A program made the position numbers and the translations under genes. Under the pieces are notes generated by a model. That model did not search any database. It worked only from the letters and a program-made list of their open reading frames with translations, and was not told where the DNA came from. From NCBI RefSeq assembly GCF_011386835.1, contig NC_088802.1, positions 52,514,001 through 52,578,000 of the forward strand: 64,000 bases of DNA. Direction: 5' to 3'. This DNA is from Chrysemys picta bellii (taxonomy: Eukaryota). Shown here piece after piece: positions 23,244-37,295 of the stretch (position 1 is its first letter; each line of letters starts with the position of its first letter).

Positions 23244-24743
23244 TAAGACTCAAAACTTCAAAAGTCTTTTGACTAAATCCCTGCCCATTTCTGAGTAAAC
23301 CTGGGTCCATGTATGATTTTTCAGTAAAATCATGTGTAATTTAGTCTCACAGAAATATGTAACTGGAACTGATAAAAACACTATATAGTTTTTATAATTT
23401 CTTAAAATTAAAAAAAATACATTGTTCAAAGTATTTGACAGAAATTTTTCACTTTTCCAAAACATTCTCCTTCCCTTTTTTTCTTTTTCATTCCCCCCAA
23501 AGGAGAGAGAAACCCATTTTTTTTCCAAAGGAAAATATTTTGATCAAAAACATTTCAATGAACAAATGCTGACCCCACTCTATTTGGCACAAACCAGGCA
23601 AACATCAAAGATTTCTGACCAAATCTCACCTGGAATTTTTGGGTCTGTTCAAAGATGAATTTTAAAGCAGGACCCTGGGGATAAAAATCTATGTGACAGA
23701 AATTAAAACAAACTTTTGCACAAACCCCTGTAATACGATGGTAGTGAAATTTATCCAGTTCTTTTGTTGAGTTTACATTAGAGCTGTGCAAATAACTGAT
23801 TTTTTTTGGTAGCCAACCCAAAAATATAATTAACCCCTCCTCATAAAAAACAAAAACAAACCCTCCTCCCCCACAATTTTGGTTTTAACTGAAGCAAAAC
23901 ATTTAATTTTGGTTTTGATTTTTTTTGGTACTTAAAATAACAATGCACTGAAGTAAAATAGATATTTTGACTTTTGCCAAAATGTTTCAATATTATTTTA
24001 ATTTCACACAGATTCACACAATGTTTCAGTTGACCTGAATCTGGATTTTGCAGTGAAAAAAAAAGTTTTGGATATAAAATTTCCTCCAGCTCTAGTTGAC
24101 ATATAGCTTTAATACAGTGCAATGTGTTTTCAAACTGTATCAGTGACACGGTATCTTAGAGTGCTTTATAGTAAAAATAAAACAAGCGAAAGAGAAAAAG
24201 TGAACCAGTGTCTCATGGAGTCAGAGGGGGAAATGCAGAAGTTAAAGAGTGACCCAGAACTGTTGACTATCAAAGGAGGGTATCACAAGAGGAGACAGTG
24301 ATTGTAGATGCATGTTGAATGCCGGCCAGCGCGTACCAGGTGTAGGTACCCAAGAGAGCAATTCTGAACTGGATTCAGAAGTGGAGAGGAAGCCAACAAG
24401 GGAGCTGGAGGATAGGAGACAACTGAAATAATTACAGTTCTCACCAGATATGCACAGCTTCAGTTACTCTTCTGAACTTTTGACTAGTACAAGCTGGGAT
24501 TTCTAGCCCATCAAGGAATCATTTTTACTGAACACATGAGCTAATAATTTTCTAGAAAGTGCAGTCAGATACAAATGACACAGTTTTGCTCCGTGATCCC
24601 TTCGCTATGACATAAGCATTTTTGGACTGATAGTTCAGAGATCTGCTGCTTGCAGTACTGTAATAAAAGTGCTGCTCTGTGCCCTGCATTTGATTAATAA
24701 ATCTCTGTTTTCTGCTGCTTTTGTGATAAGAATATGTACGCAC

Positions 24744-24812
24744 TCCGCTTGTTTTGGCATCCTTGATCTTTTTCCAGTACTTAAGTACCAGGCGGATATG
24801 GCTAGTCTCATT
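24744..24812 (-). CDS. Candidate exon (NETSHIRLVLKYWKKIKDAKTSG)
   Basis: tag acceptor (weak tract), GGA|gtgcgt donor, phase 0-0; joins in frame to 25237-25287. Confidence 0.2.
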
Positions 24813-25236
24813 CTACCGTTCATACAATGTAAAGTAAGACGTGAAGTTTATGGAAAAATCAAGGTCCGAGCGGCATGAACTTATGCCAAAAATTAAAAAC
24901 CTACAGTTAGGCACAGATAAGATCAACACTGAGGCACCTAAAATAAAAATGATCTAATTTGTAGAGGTAACGAGCCCTCTGTTATTCTTTATACTGTAGT
25001 AATAATCAAAATACCCTCTGTGGCTTACAAACCCAGAGGAAAATGCGGTTCCTTGCCCAAAGCTCAGGCAATCCAAAATAGGAAGAAAGTCAACGGCTGT
25101 TGTCCTGAACCTCTGAAAAACAGGCCTCCCATTTAGGGGCTGGGATAGATCTGGCAAGTAAGCTCATTTGAGGTGACAAAGACAGGTTCACTAGAGGATG
25201 GTCTGCACTCCACTGTCGCAGAATTTCCTTACATAC

Positions 25237-25287
25237 CACTATGTAGTTGGCAAGATGGAGGGAACGACCAAAGTCATCCGGAACAGC
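25237..25287 (-). CDS. Candidate exon (AVPDDFGRSLHLANYIV)
   Basis: Long pyrimidine tract upstream of a cag acceptor, GTG|gtatgt donor, phase 0-0. Confidence 0.25.
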
Positions 25288-28200
25288 CTGGCATATTCAT
25301 TGCATCCGGGAGGAAAGGGAGAAACATCGGGCAGAGGAGAGGGAGAGGTATGATCATTGAGGAAATGTATCGGGTTAAGACGGTGACGCAGATCTCTTTT
25401 TTTTATTCCTTGCATGTAAAAACGCAGGTCTTGTGAAACCATGTGAACTCCTTGTGAATCAGCAAGAGCCTGGTTAGCCTGTGGGAGATGGAATACTTGC
25501 TTATAACCTTTGGGGTTAACATATGATTAATGGGAACAAATTTATCCTTTCCCAGGCTTATTTTAGGCAGCGTTCAGACAGGCGGTAAAAGAGAAAGCAC
25601 TGAAGCGGTGAGATGATAGCCAGGAAACTGGTAGCTGGACTACAGGCTGGTCTACTCTGTACCTGCCAGTTGCAATTGCCTTTTTTGTTTTCTTGGTTTA
25701 TCGTTCAGTCTTCACTCCAGCAAATTTCCCATTGAAATCAATGGAAGTTTTACCTGGGTCAAGACTGCAGAATTGGACCCTATGAACACAGATGACAACT
25801 CACATGGAAGAGGCACAGCAGCAGCGGAGGCCTTGGCTATGATTTGCTGCCTTTCTGAGACCTGGGGTGGGGTGGGTTTCCCATAGAAAGCTTCTCTGCA
25901 AAGCGCATTCAACTCAGGTTTTGTGCAAGGGGTGGGATTTGGGCCTAAGTGTTTAAAGTGCTTACCTTCACCTGATGTCATCATTCACCCTTTGTGACAT
26001 CATCAGAATTTCCACAGCAACCCACTGTGATTTCACAATGGGTTCAGCAGTGTAGCTATTGACTTCTCTGGTGTTACTCCGGATTTACACCCATCCTTGT
26101 GTGGTAGGCCTAGGATCTCATCTGGTGTAAATTTGCAGAGCACCACTGATTTCAGTGCAACTCTACTGACTAACACCAGCTAAAAATCTTGCCCTAGGGA
26201 AGTGAAACTACAACATCTGCTATAACTGAGCACTGACAGGAAAGCCAACGCCCTTTAATCTCCATAGTCTTGGGGGATTTGCCTTTGATTGCTAGGAGGG
26301 GCCCAACTTTCCCCATTTGTTTTCCCTTTCTTGCACAGGAGTGGTTTGGGTAGCAAGTGCACGTTGTGTTTCCTGGGGCTTTATTTAAGAAGGCCCATCA
26401 ATTCCCTCTCAGTCCAAAGGTGAGTCAAAGGGAAAGCAGCGTTCACGACACTGAGGCAACCCAAACAGTTCATCAACGCAGGACAGCCTCGGAGACAACT
26501 TTAAAGAGGCCACAACGACGGCCAGAGGAGTGAGCCAAGAAGCCAGCTGCTGCTGGGAAAAAAATATCTTCTACAGCTTGGCATCTGGACTGAGTGAGTG
26601 CGATATCCACTGATGCCAAGGAAGAATAGGTTTACAGGCTGCAAGAACAAAGCTAGAGGATTTAAAAAATGTGCCAGTTTATCTGCTCTGACTCAGTACC
26701 TAGAAATGAACACTCCCAGCCTGTATGTAGGTAAAACAGGTGTTCAGCATTTTTTTTTCTTTTAAAATATATGTGTGACATTTTATTACTCATAAATGTG
26801 AAAGATGACAGAAATAGCAAGGTTACAGTCAGACACTGTGCCAATGTCACCCCAGACGGCTGTGCCAGTGTCTCTCCATCCTAATCTGTAGCAATAGCAT
26901 TTTGCTGTAATACTGAGCCACTCTTCAAGCCAAGGCTGCTCATTTTGGAGCTGGGCACAGCCAAACCTGAAACTATGTGAAATGCCTTTAATTTTGGCAA
27001 ACCCATGTTTTTTGCACAAGCCATCTCCTACAACCGGCTGATGAACAACCTGACATCACTTCTCATGTTTGTTTGCAGTGTGGTTGGAGCTGAATGGTTT
27101 TGCCTGAAAGAACATGAATTTGTCAAAAGCAGGATCTTTCGTGGAAACCTGTCAGCTTTTGACAAAATTTGCTTTGGACAAAAATATAAACAAAGATTTT
27201 GATAAAGTCAAAACATTCCATGGTGACATTTTTGGAGTGGAGCATTTCAAATTTTTCATTTTGAAATGACTTTTGGTTTAGAAAGGTCTTTTATTTTATA
27301 AAGTTATTTAAAATATTTTAAAGGTGCAAATCAGAATTACTCTTTTTGATTTGATCAAAACAAATTGACACCAAACTAACTTCTTTTCACAGTTTTATTA
27401 TGCTGAAAATGTTTGAATGTTTTTCCTTTTCATTCCATTGCAGAATGGGGAAAAAAAAATCATGGGATTCCCTGTGAAACAGGAAATCCAACTTCCACCC
27501 ATCTCTGCTCAGTAATACGAGTATTGGCTTTACAATCTAGCTGCTGATTTTCAAAGAACCTTGAAGGGATTAGGTGCCCTGGATTTCAGTGAGACTTGGG
27601 GATTCCCTGAAAATCCCACTCAGTGATGAACAAACCTCACAGAATTTGGAACCTTTAAAGGAAGCAAAGAGAATTAGGCTCCTGAATGCTCCTAACTCCT
27701 ATAGGCTCTTTTGAAAATCTGCATCAGATTGCTAGAGATAGCCCCTCGGTCACTGACATTGCTGCAGCACAGAGAATGCTACAGGCTTAATTGGTATCAA
27801 CCAACCTATTACTGGTGAGGATTATTGACACTGGGTGACAGTTGTTAAACTAATGAAGTAATTGGTTTAGTAAGGGGAGAGGATTACTAATTGTGAGGAA
27901 CAGTAAGTGAGGGTGAGAGCTCAGAGGTTGAGTGGGGAGAAGAGACGGTATGGATAGCTCCTCCTGCGATATACCTGTGCTATGTTCTGCCATGTTTGGA
28001 AATTTAGGATTAAAGGTACAACTGGTGCAAAAGAAACTGTGTTCTTGAGTAGGAGACCACGAAAGCAGGCTAGGTGGTGCTGTTCTCATGGTAACTTGAG
28101 AAACAGCCACGGACAAAATTTCAGCCTCATTTCAGCTCTGAGAAGCAGCCCCATGTTTGGATCCTTATGGAAACCTTTATCCGGACTATCTGAACCTTGA

Positions 28201-29049
28201 GGTAGTGGCATTTGTATTCCGACTCCTAGCACATTTCTGTTGGTATCATTAATATGCGGCAAGAATGCAAGTACTTGGAAAATATAACTCAGCTAATCCT
28301 TTTTCCTACAACAGCACCATCTTGTAAGAATCAGCCGGAGACTGTGAACATAAGTGAACGGGGCTCAGCAGTCATTAAGAGCTACAACTGCTCCTAGCAA
28401 AAATACTTCTTGCAGCTGCACTCTGGAGAAATGTTTCACATTTTTGGGGTTGTTTGGTTTCTTTTGTAGCTGTCAATATGCTTTGGCAGCCGTGTCTCTC
28501 CACCTGCCATTTGGCAGGCATGACCCAAGGTAGATGGGTGGATTGTGTTTTAGACTATTAGATCTGTCAGCCTTTGGGGGAAAGTTAAAGAGAGACTTCA
28601 AGTTCAACTTTAATGCATGGTTAATGGCATTCACAGAAACACGGGGACTAATTATTCTGGCTAGGATCAGGCATAGTGCAAACTTTCCTTGACAGCTTTT
28701 GCTGCTAATGCCCCTCAAATGGCTTTCAGACACCCCTAAAATTCCAATCAGTTATCCTGCCAATGCTCATTCGTCCAGATCTGCAACAGCCCCTGGTATT
28801 CCACTCCTGGGAGTTACTTGAGCCAAGACTGTAACTTATATGGTCTGTTCATGATGGGGACAAATAGCCACTAGAGAGTGCAACCCGACATTCATTTCAT
28901 CTTGTGACCCAAGTCAGGATATATACCAGATTCTCTGGTAGAAAAAGTCTAATACAGTTACTACACCATAGTAACTAGCCCTGAAGCTTATATTTTTTTT
29001 ACTTGAGATAAGCTTCTATTATGGAGACCTTTCTGTTCCACCCCATTGA

Positions 29050-29490
29050 AAGAAAGGACATAAACTCTATAAATCTAAGAAAATAGACCATTGCGATGAT
29101 CTAGTGACTAGGTTCTAGTCTAATCTTCTGGATAACATGGGCCATTGAACTTAACCCAGTAATTCCTGCATCAAGCCCATAACTTGAGCTTTCTTTGATG
29201 TGATTGCTCATAAAAAGCGACGTTTAAGCTTGAATGTGGGCTACATAGTGGGGGACACTCAGAGTTCCTTTAATTCTAAGGAGTTTTAAGCCAGAAGGGA
29301 TCATGAGTTCATAGCACATGACCTCCACAACCTCACATGACATTTCACCCAGCTACTCCTGTACTGAGCCCAATAATTGGTTTATCTAAAGCATCTCTTC
29401 CAGAAAGGCATCCAGTCTTGAAGTGAAGACAAGAAGAGATTGAGAATCCACCATATCCCTTGGTGGCTTGTTCCAGTGGTTACCCCTTAG
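29050..29490 (-). mobile_element. Old CR1 3' fragments
   Basis: ttcacccagctactcctgtactgagccc...ccagaaaggcatccagtcttg...gaatccacca...ttgttccagtggtt are CR1 3' motifs in reverse orientation. Confidence 0.65.
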
Positions 29491-29723
29491 CTTTCATAGA
29501 CTGTGATGCTATAATTCCTGGACAGAGGAAATCTAAGTAAAGCAGCCATCTTGTACAGAATGTGATGGAAAAGGTAGAGTAATTAATGCAAAATAGAACA
29601 TGGTCAAACTGAAATTTCCTTTTGATTTCAAATGCATATCTGAGCCTAATTTTTCAGCTGTTGTTTTGCTCTACTCTTATTGAAGACTCAGCAATTTTTG
29701 AAGTGCAGAAAGGTGCTCTATAA

Positions 29724-30208
29724 CAGGGTTTATGAACCTGTGGGTCAGGACCCAAAATTGGATCACAAGAATGTTTCAAAGGGTCGTGTGGCAGCTCCTG
29801 TCCCATGTGGCTGGCTGGGCTCGCCTCCCTGCTCCAGGCACTGCAACCTCTGGGGTCCCAGTGCCACACAGGTTTGGCCCAGCCCTCATGATAATGGGAG
29901 TCCGGGTAGGCCAAATTTGAGTGAGTGGCACTGCAACCCCATAAGTCAGGTCACAACTCCACTCACTCAAATTTTCATCCAGTCAGGGAGGCAGGGCCAT
30001 ACCTGTGCTGAGAACCAAGCCCAGCCAGCCCCTTAGCACAGGAGCCACCACTGTTGGGTGAGTGGCGGGCAGGACCCAACCCCCCAGTAGGGGCCAGGAC
30101 CTGACCGAAACCACCCCAAGGCCTCCATCCCCAGACTATTTACTGGGTTGCAACAGGCCGTAAACATTTACAAAGGGATCCTGAGCCCCAAAAGGTTGAG
30201 AACCACTG
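29724..30208. mobile_element. hAT (Buster/Charlie-type) MITE
   Basis: TIR cagggtttatgaacc / ggttgagaaccactg; perfect TSD CTCTATAA at 29716-29723 and 30209-30216. Confidence 0.9.
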
Positions 30209-30799
30209 CTCTATAAAACCAAATTCAATTCCACTCTAAGGTTACAGCTACATTTCTAATCATTAGCCTAAGGACTTGCAGGTCATTGTGAACTCAATCA
30301 TTTGGCTACACATCAGGCCATTGTTCTGTTCTCTTTTTGGATTTGCAGTCTACTGCTTTGGCCACACACTTCTCTAATATTTTCTTAGCAATATCATTTT
30401 CTAAGCAGACATCAAGCTTCAAAACCTTTCCACGGAACAGAGATTTAAAAAAAAAATCAATAACATTAAGGAACAACAGAGAGTCTAATTTATCTAACTA
30501 ATGGTTGGTGAACAATAGTCTGCTGGGGGTTTTTTGGCTCCCCAAATTCCCATAAGCCTGAGTTGAATGTGCAAACACCTGTGTACTCCAAATAGTGTTA
30601 CAGCTGTAGGATAAAAATGCAAAACAACAACCAAAAAGCTGAATACAATCATTGCTAATCTATTTGTGCACATTCCCAGAGAGATAGGAGACATTGGGAC
30701 TGACGACATTCTTTTGGATGCCAGGATGTTGGATTTAGATTAACCACTTTTATTTATCTCCCTCATTTAGGGCTAGAATGAGAATTTCTTCTCATCCAT

Positions 30800-31240
30800 C
30801 AGATCTGATGAAGTCTATAAAACCATGAATGGTGTGGAAAAAGTGAATAGAGAAGAGTTATTTGCCCTTTCCCACAATACTAAAAACAGGTAGGCAGCAG
30901 GTTTAATACAAATAAGAGGACGCACTTTTTCATACAATGTAAAATTAACCTGTGGAACTTGTCCTGGGATGCTGTGATGGCCAAAAAGACAATAGATTTA
31001 AAAAACAAACAAACACTAGGTAAGTTCATGGAAGATAGCCAGCAATGGACCTATTAACTAAGATGATCAGAGATGCAACATCATGCTTGGGGTGATCTAA
31101 AATTTCTGACTGCCAGAAGCCAGGAGAAGACAGGGGTGGATCGCTCCAAGTACCCTGTTCTGTACACCCCCACACTCCAAAGCTCTGGTACAGACCACTG
31201 TCGGAGACGGTCAGACCATGGTTCATCTAGCCCAGTATCC
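30800..31240 (+). mobile_element. CR1 3' end, second subfamily
   Basis: gaagtctataaaaccatgaatggtgtggaaaaagtgaatagag...tttaatacaaataagagg...taagttcatggaagatag are CR1 ORF2 C-terminal and 3' UTR motifs. Confidence 0.75.
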
Positions 31241-31848
31241 TAAGTATAGCTTATCTTATGTTCTTATCCCATAGTGTGCTGCCTCATAAGGAGATCCAGA
31301 AAAAGATCTAGAATCACCTCTTGGAGTCATAGTTCCTCCAGATATCCTGAGATATTCAGGGCCTGGGGATCAGTGAGTGCTGTGATGGCTCCTTATCAAT
31401 TTAATTTAATTTGTATTATTTGTTTCCCCCAGCCTAAAGATATATATATTCTACATGCACATCTCTCTTTGTCTTTTATGCCTTTCCAATGAATGAGTCC
31501 CTTGAAAACTTTCTAAGTTTTTGTTCATTTGTTTTTCTCTGTACCCAAGCTGTTTGGGGGTGTTTTAGGCACCTAAGTCACTTTTGAAAATCCCATCCCA
31601 TGTTTTTGTTATGTTTCATGACTTAACCATGATACATGTATTGGTGTTATGGTTGCTTCCTCCTTCAACTTGTCTGATCTTTATAGAGATTCCTCCCTAT
31701 TCTGTATTCTTCTTGCTGTTGTACCTCTGCCCATCCATTTCAGTTCGAGCCATAGCTAGTACTTCTACCTAGTCTGCCATCTTTTGTTTGGATGTATGTC
31801 TGACTGGATTTTGGTAATGTTTCTGAGTAAATGGGCTACTCCTTGAGG

Positions 31849-32026
31849 TCATAGAATATCAGGGTTGGAAGGGACCTCAGGAGGTCATCTAGTTCAACCT
31901 CCTGCTCAGAGCAGGACCAATCCCCAGACAGATTTTTGCACCAGATCCCTAAATGGCCCTCTCAAGGATTGAACTCATAACGCTGGGTTTAGCAGACTAA
32001 TGCTCAAACTACTGAGTTATTTCCCC
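31849..32026 (-). mobile_element. Turtle polIII SINE with canonical CR1 tail
   Basis: Reverse tRNA-like head (ctcaaactactgagttat) and a tail nearly identical to 51800-51880. Confidence 0.9.
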
Positions 32027-32059
32027 TCCTCCCTCTCCAGGGTCTCCACTAAACTTCTT

Positions 32060-32770
32060 TTATAAAGCTCTCCAGGCCATTTTCTAACCTAGTCACTTGT
32101 GCAAAGTAGCTTCCACCACTTCCTTTGGTGACTGGTTTCACCTTCCTTTGGGATACTGTAAGGCAGCAGTCTAATAGACCTTATTGTTAAGAATTTTTTC
32201 CCCGCTATCCTGTCCCCCGTTTTCCTACCAATGCTCTCCTTGTCCACTGTCAACAACTCTGCTTCATCCTTTTTAGTTTACAACCTTCAAATCTTTTCAG
32301 ACTGAACCTGTCAGGGCTCTATTTAATTATAATTTAGCCAAGTTAGACACACACAGGGCCAACGAGAGGGGGGGAAGCTGGAACAAATTACCGGGGCCCG
32401 GCAGTCCAGAAGGGGACCCGGGGTCCGGCTTCCCCCGCCCCTCGTCGGCCCTGTTTAGCTGGTCCACCCTTGCTGGGGGGCTCAAAAAATTCTGGGTCCC
32501 TCGTCGGCCCTGTTTAGCCAGTCTGCCCTTGCTGGGGGGGCCCGAAAAACATTTTTCACTGGGGCCCGAACCCGCTCTCGGCGGCCCTGTACACACAATC
32601 TTAGTCTTTCCTTATAAATCAAACCCTCTATAGTCCTATCAGTTTTATTGCCTCTTCTCTCATATCCCACTAATTTATTGGTATCTGTCTGGTTTTAAGG
32701 TGCTCCAAATTGCACTCAGGTCAGTTTTGTGCAGTCCCATGTTCTGCAGCAGGTCCTGCGTTTCCTTTTC
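32060..32770 (-). mobile_element. Old CR1 fragment interrupted by a hAT MITE
   Basis: ccaccacttcctttggtgactggtt...cttagtctttccttataa...ggtgctccaaattgcactcag resemble CR1 ORF2 in reverse orientation. Confidence 0.5.
32354..32589. mobile_element. GC-rich hAT MITE with internal duplication
   Basis: TIR cagggcc / ggccctg; TSD gacacaca/tacacaca (1 mismatch); internal repeat units at 32438 and 32498. Confidence 0.8.
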
Positions 32771-35700
32771 CTGTAAGACATCACATTTAGAACCAAGGCC
32801 AACTGAGATAACTGCATGATTTTATTAATAGAATTTTCTAATTCAATCATCATCCGTACATCACATTGGTGATTTTTCTACTCAGCAGCCGCATTAGGCA
32901 AGTTAAGTATTAACAAATTCTACAGAAGGGGACCCTGAGGCTCAGATGTTAGCTGCCAGTTTTTCAAAAGAGCTCATCCTGTTGCGTGTTGAACTCTTTT
33001 TAACTATCTGGCCATAAATGTCACATTAGGAGCTACTGAATTCTGAGCACTTTTGAAAATATGCTTAGTGAGGTGCCAAGGTGTGGGGGGGGTGTTCTTT
33101 TGAAAATCTGGCTCTATTTATGGGTGATGAGCCCTTGGCAATCTGGCACCTTAGCAATTTGGAAGAGAATGGGATGGTAATGATGCTTTTCTGAATGCCA
33201 CCAAGCTTCTCATGTCACCTAACAAATGGATAAACCCAGCAAGTGGGTAAAGTATTTAGACAAATACTCATGTTCCTCAGTTCCATGTCAAGTGGACACT
33301 CACTCCCATTAAAGACACCTGTTTCTTAGAACTGTTCAAAAAATGGGGGGACTTTTCCATGGAAAATTTTGACTTTTGGCAAAAAAAACCACAACATATT
33401 TCCATTAAAAATAGTGTCACTGTGCTTCATGGAAGTTGTAGTTCAGGTGCCTTAAGATTTCATTCTCTTCTATGGGATGGGCTCTCTGGCTGGCCTATAA
33501 GAATGTGCATGAAAAACTTGGTCCCAATAACAGTTAAAACTTTCACTTCTTTCATTTTCTCATTCAAAAAGCGGACAAACATGGGTGTCTTTTTTTTTTT
33601 TTTTTTTTTACTAATAGTTTAAGGCTGAATTTGATTCTCATGAAAATGAGCAACAATCTGTACTGCCTTGAGTCAAGAATAATGCAGGTAGGTGTTGAAA
33701 GAGCTACTCCTTCACAGCTCTGCAAATTCATCTAATTCCTTAAAATAACAGGGACATCAGTGCTGAGGGTAGCGTAAGTTAAATCTCCCCTAAGCCTAGA
33801 CTGCTGGCTGCGCTGATAAGTTTTCTGTTTCTGCTGGTATTGAGTCAGTGGTAAAACTCCCATTGGCGTCAAGTGGCAGCAAGGATTTGGCCCTGGCTTT
33901 TGCTTTTTGTACTGTGGATAAAACCCACTTGGAGCCAAATTAATTTTAACTGTGACCTATGATTATTAATACAATTATTAATGCTATAATCATATTAACG
34001 TTAACAAGAATATTATTATTTTTTACATAGCCCTGCTCTCCAGAACTGAAAGAATACAGGAGAGATTTTTCAAAGGTATAAATGGGAATTAGGTGAATGA
34101 GAGTGGGGTACGTAACTGCCATTTGTGTCTTTGAAAATCTTCCCCAGTTGACAGTAATATGCCTCCTGCACAAACCTACTGAGAATCCACCCCGGAAGCA
34201 CTCTTCTCTACAGGCTTCTGCTCAGACCTGTTGCCTTTCACAGAGGCCGTGCTCATTCCTTACTGCAAATGGATTTTTGAGTGCACACAGAAAAGGATGG
34301 ACTAAATGTTATCCTCCTGACACCATCCCAAGAACATAATTAGCCTTATCACCACTGAACGCACCCATTATGGTTATAAACCCCGCCCCCCAGAAATTAA
34401 GATTTTGTAGACAAAGACTGATCAGATATAAAAGAAAATGTGTTTAGGGTTAACAAATACCTGGGTTATGTCACAACCTGCTCATGTAGAGAGTAGGGTT
34501 TTTTTTTTTTTAATGAAATCTTCTAAGCATGTGCCTTGCAGATGTGGAAATAATGTAAAAGGTATTTTCAATTCCCACTTGGCTATAAAAGCGAAGTTAT
34601 TTGCAGTCAACTTTTTTCCTGTTTCCCTCTGATTTGGGGCAAAAACTTGCCCAAATGCCCTCTTCTCCAGCCACGAATGGCCCAAGAGCATAATAAATGT
34701 TCTTCCATTAAAGACTATAGTTGGCCTTCAGTGCATGTATAAAAGAAAAAGGAAGTCCATAACTTAATGACTAATGCTAATGCTGATTTGGGATTTATGA
34801 TATCATACTAGTTACAGTTATAGTGACAATAGAATGGACATATTTTTTCCCAGAAATCAACCTCAGACAGTCCAAGTCAGTCACATACATGCTGGGATCA
34901 AGACATTTGGGGACCTCATGCTGCTTTGTTTGTTTTCATTTAGTTAGTGCTTCATTGCGGGTGGCATATTTCCCTTTTTTTTTAACTGTAGAAAAGAGTT
35001 GTTTATGAGGGAGATAAGGAGAATAAATATGTTATGTCAGGGTTGGTTTGGCTCGAGTAACACAGTGTACAATCTGCATGTGAAAGTGAAAGGGATATTC
35101 AGTAGAGGATCTGATCAGATTTAACTATTTTTGGCCACAGGTCGCTGGATGGTGCAATACCGGTGCCAGACGGGATGGGGTTAAAATTTCCAGACAAAGT
35201 TATTTTGGTGCTCAACACCTGTGAATCAGATTAATAAATAAAATTAAAAATAAAACCCTTCACATTCAGTTAAAGATCCTTATATGTCCTGATGGTTTAA
35301 AAATCCAAGGAGAAACACCAGCAGATTTTTACTCATGTTTAAAATTCCTGTAATGTTAGGGTGGGAAAAATCTGTGGAAATTTGGTTCGAGATGGGATAT
35401 CTTTTTTCCTTACAATGGTTTTAGCACAATCCAAATTTCCAACCCAAACAACATTTTTTTTCCCTCTGTGGATTTTTCATCATCCGGCGACAATTTGCCA
35501 TGTGTTATTTCAAATAATTGTCAAACTATTTCCAGATCTCTGACCAGATCACTGTATATAAAAACACAACTTCTAGTCAATTTCCTTTTCTTTCCTTTCA
35601 TTTATTTTCCAAGACAAGTGCTGTGAGGTGACCATCTGCTTCTTATTTCAAAGACTTTTTAAAAAAAATACCTGTCGTCCTGTGTCTCATGCAAAAGCTG

Positions 35701-37295
35701 AATTACAGATTGATAGGCAGGTGTCTTACTTCAATATATATTTCTCATTCTAAACAGCAATGCTTTTAGAGTCCAATATTAAAATTATTTTGTAGATTTC
35801 CCTAAACATTCCTTAAAGTTCCGTTTTGGGCCCTAGTTCTGCAGATCTTTAAGCACAAGCTTAACCTTTCCCTTGTGAATGTCGTCATTAAACTCAATGA
35901 GAAGATTTGTGGACTTAAACTGAAGCCCATGTATAAGCATTTGAAAGATCGGGGCTTAGTCAGAAAATACTTGGAAAAAGTTAAAGCGTGGGGCTCTATA
36001 TTTTTTTCTTCTTCATGACTTCCATATTAAATATATTCAGTTTACAGGTCAAAAGATGCTGTCCTAAATACCAGCATTGCAACCAACCGTAGGATCTGAC
36101 TATCAAGCTGGGTTCCTTTTGACTTCTACGTTGCCACCTTTAATATTCTGCAATCAGAATAGAGTTGGCAGTTTAACTTTTTTCCCCTTTACCATTGTGC
36201 AGACAGATCACAGCTATACCAGGACACACCATGACCTGGTGTAAACCGGTATAGCTCCTTTGACCTCATGTACCTCTGGCAGCATGAAGGGGCTTTCACA
36301 GGCCCCCTGCATAGGGGCACAGAGAGAACTGGGAGTGGACAGTAGGAAGGACGTCATGGTATAAGGTTAAGAAAGGGGAATGGACACAGTTCACGGCTCT
36401 ATAGCTATCACCTGCTTTCCAGGGCAGGTACAAGGGAAGCAGAATGTAACTTAGAGCAGCCTCAGGGGCTAGGAAGGCCTCTGGTTGCCCAGAATATGGG
36501 AAGCATAAAACCACCTTTGTTCCTGTACCCCTCTTCCTGCACCCAGCCCAAAGACGGGAAGCCAAGAATTGAGCCCTAGACTTTTATCCTCAGATTAGAA
36601 GGACGTCCAGAAGCCTGTCTGATTGATACAGTAGGTGACTATACCTCTTCCCTTTATATTTGCCACCAGACAGAACTTTGTGTCTATGTAACTCCCTTTT
36701 TTTTGGCTTGCTCTCTCTAATTTCTCCACTTGTTCATATTTTTCACTTAGTCCCTGTCAACTCTCCCTCTCTCTCTGGACATTTTAGGAATGATTAGTTT
36801 TAGTTTTTAAAAGTGATCCAAGTTGTTAGGTGATAATTTTGAGGGATTATCCTACGGAGTAACAAGCAGTTTTATAGCAGTCTTTCAGACAGTACATATT
36901 TCATTTGGAAAATGATCATTTTTTCTCCCTAGGTTACAAGGTGTTTAAATCACTTTCTGAAGGAAGTAGGAAACAGCTGTGGCTAAAACGTGCTTATTTT
37001 ATGTCTGTCATTTTTTCCCCTTTTTGCATTCAGAGCTGCCAGAACAAAAGCATTAGCAGGGTCACAAATATTTGAGGTTAAAAAATGTAAATTTGAACTC
37101 ATACTTTTGGGGAGCAATACAAGAGAAGGCGGCTTTTCTTTCTCTTTATTCTCACCAGTGCTTAGAATTTTGTAAGTCAGGGCTTGATCCTTCCAACCTG
37201 ACCTGAGTCAAGGTTGATTTTGAGATATGCCGAGCAGAAAAGCTTGTATTCTCCCTTGCACTTAACGTTGCAGTAAGAATATATATTTTTTTTAA

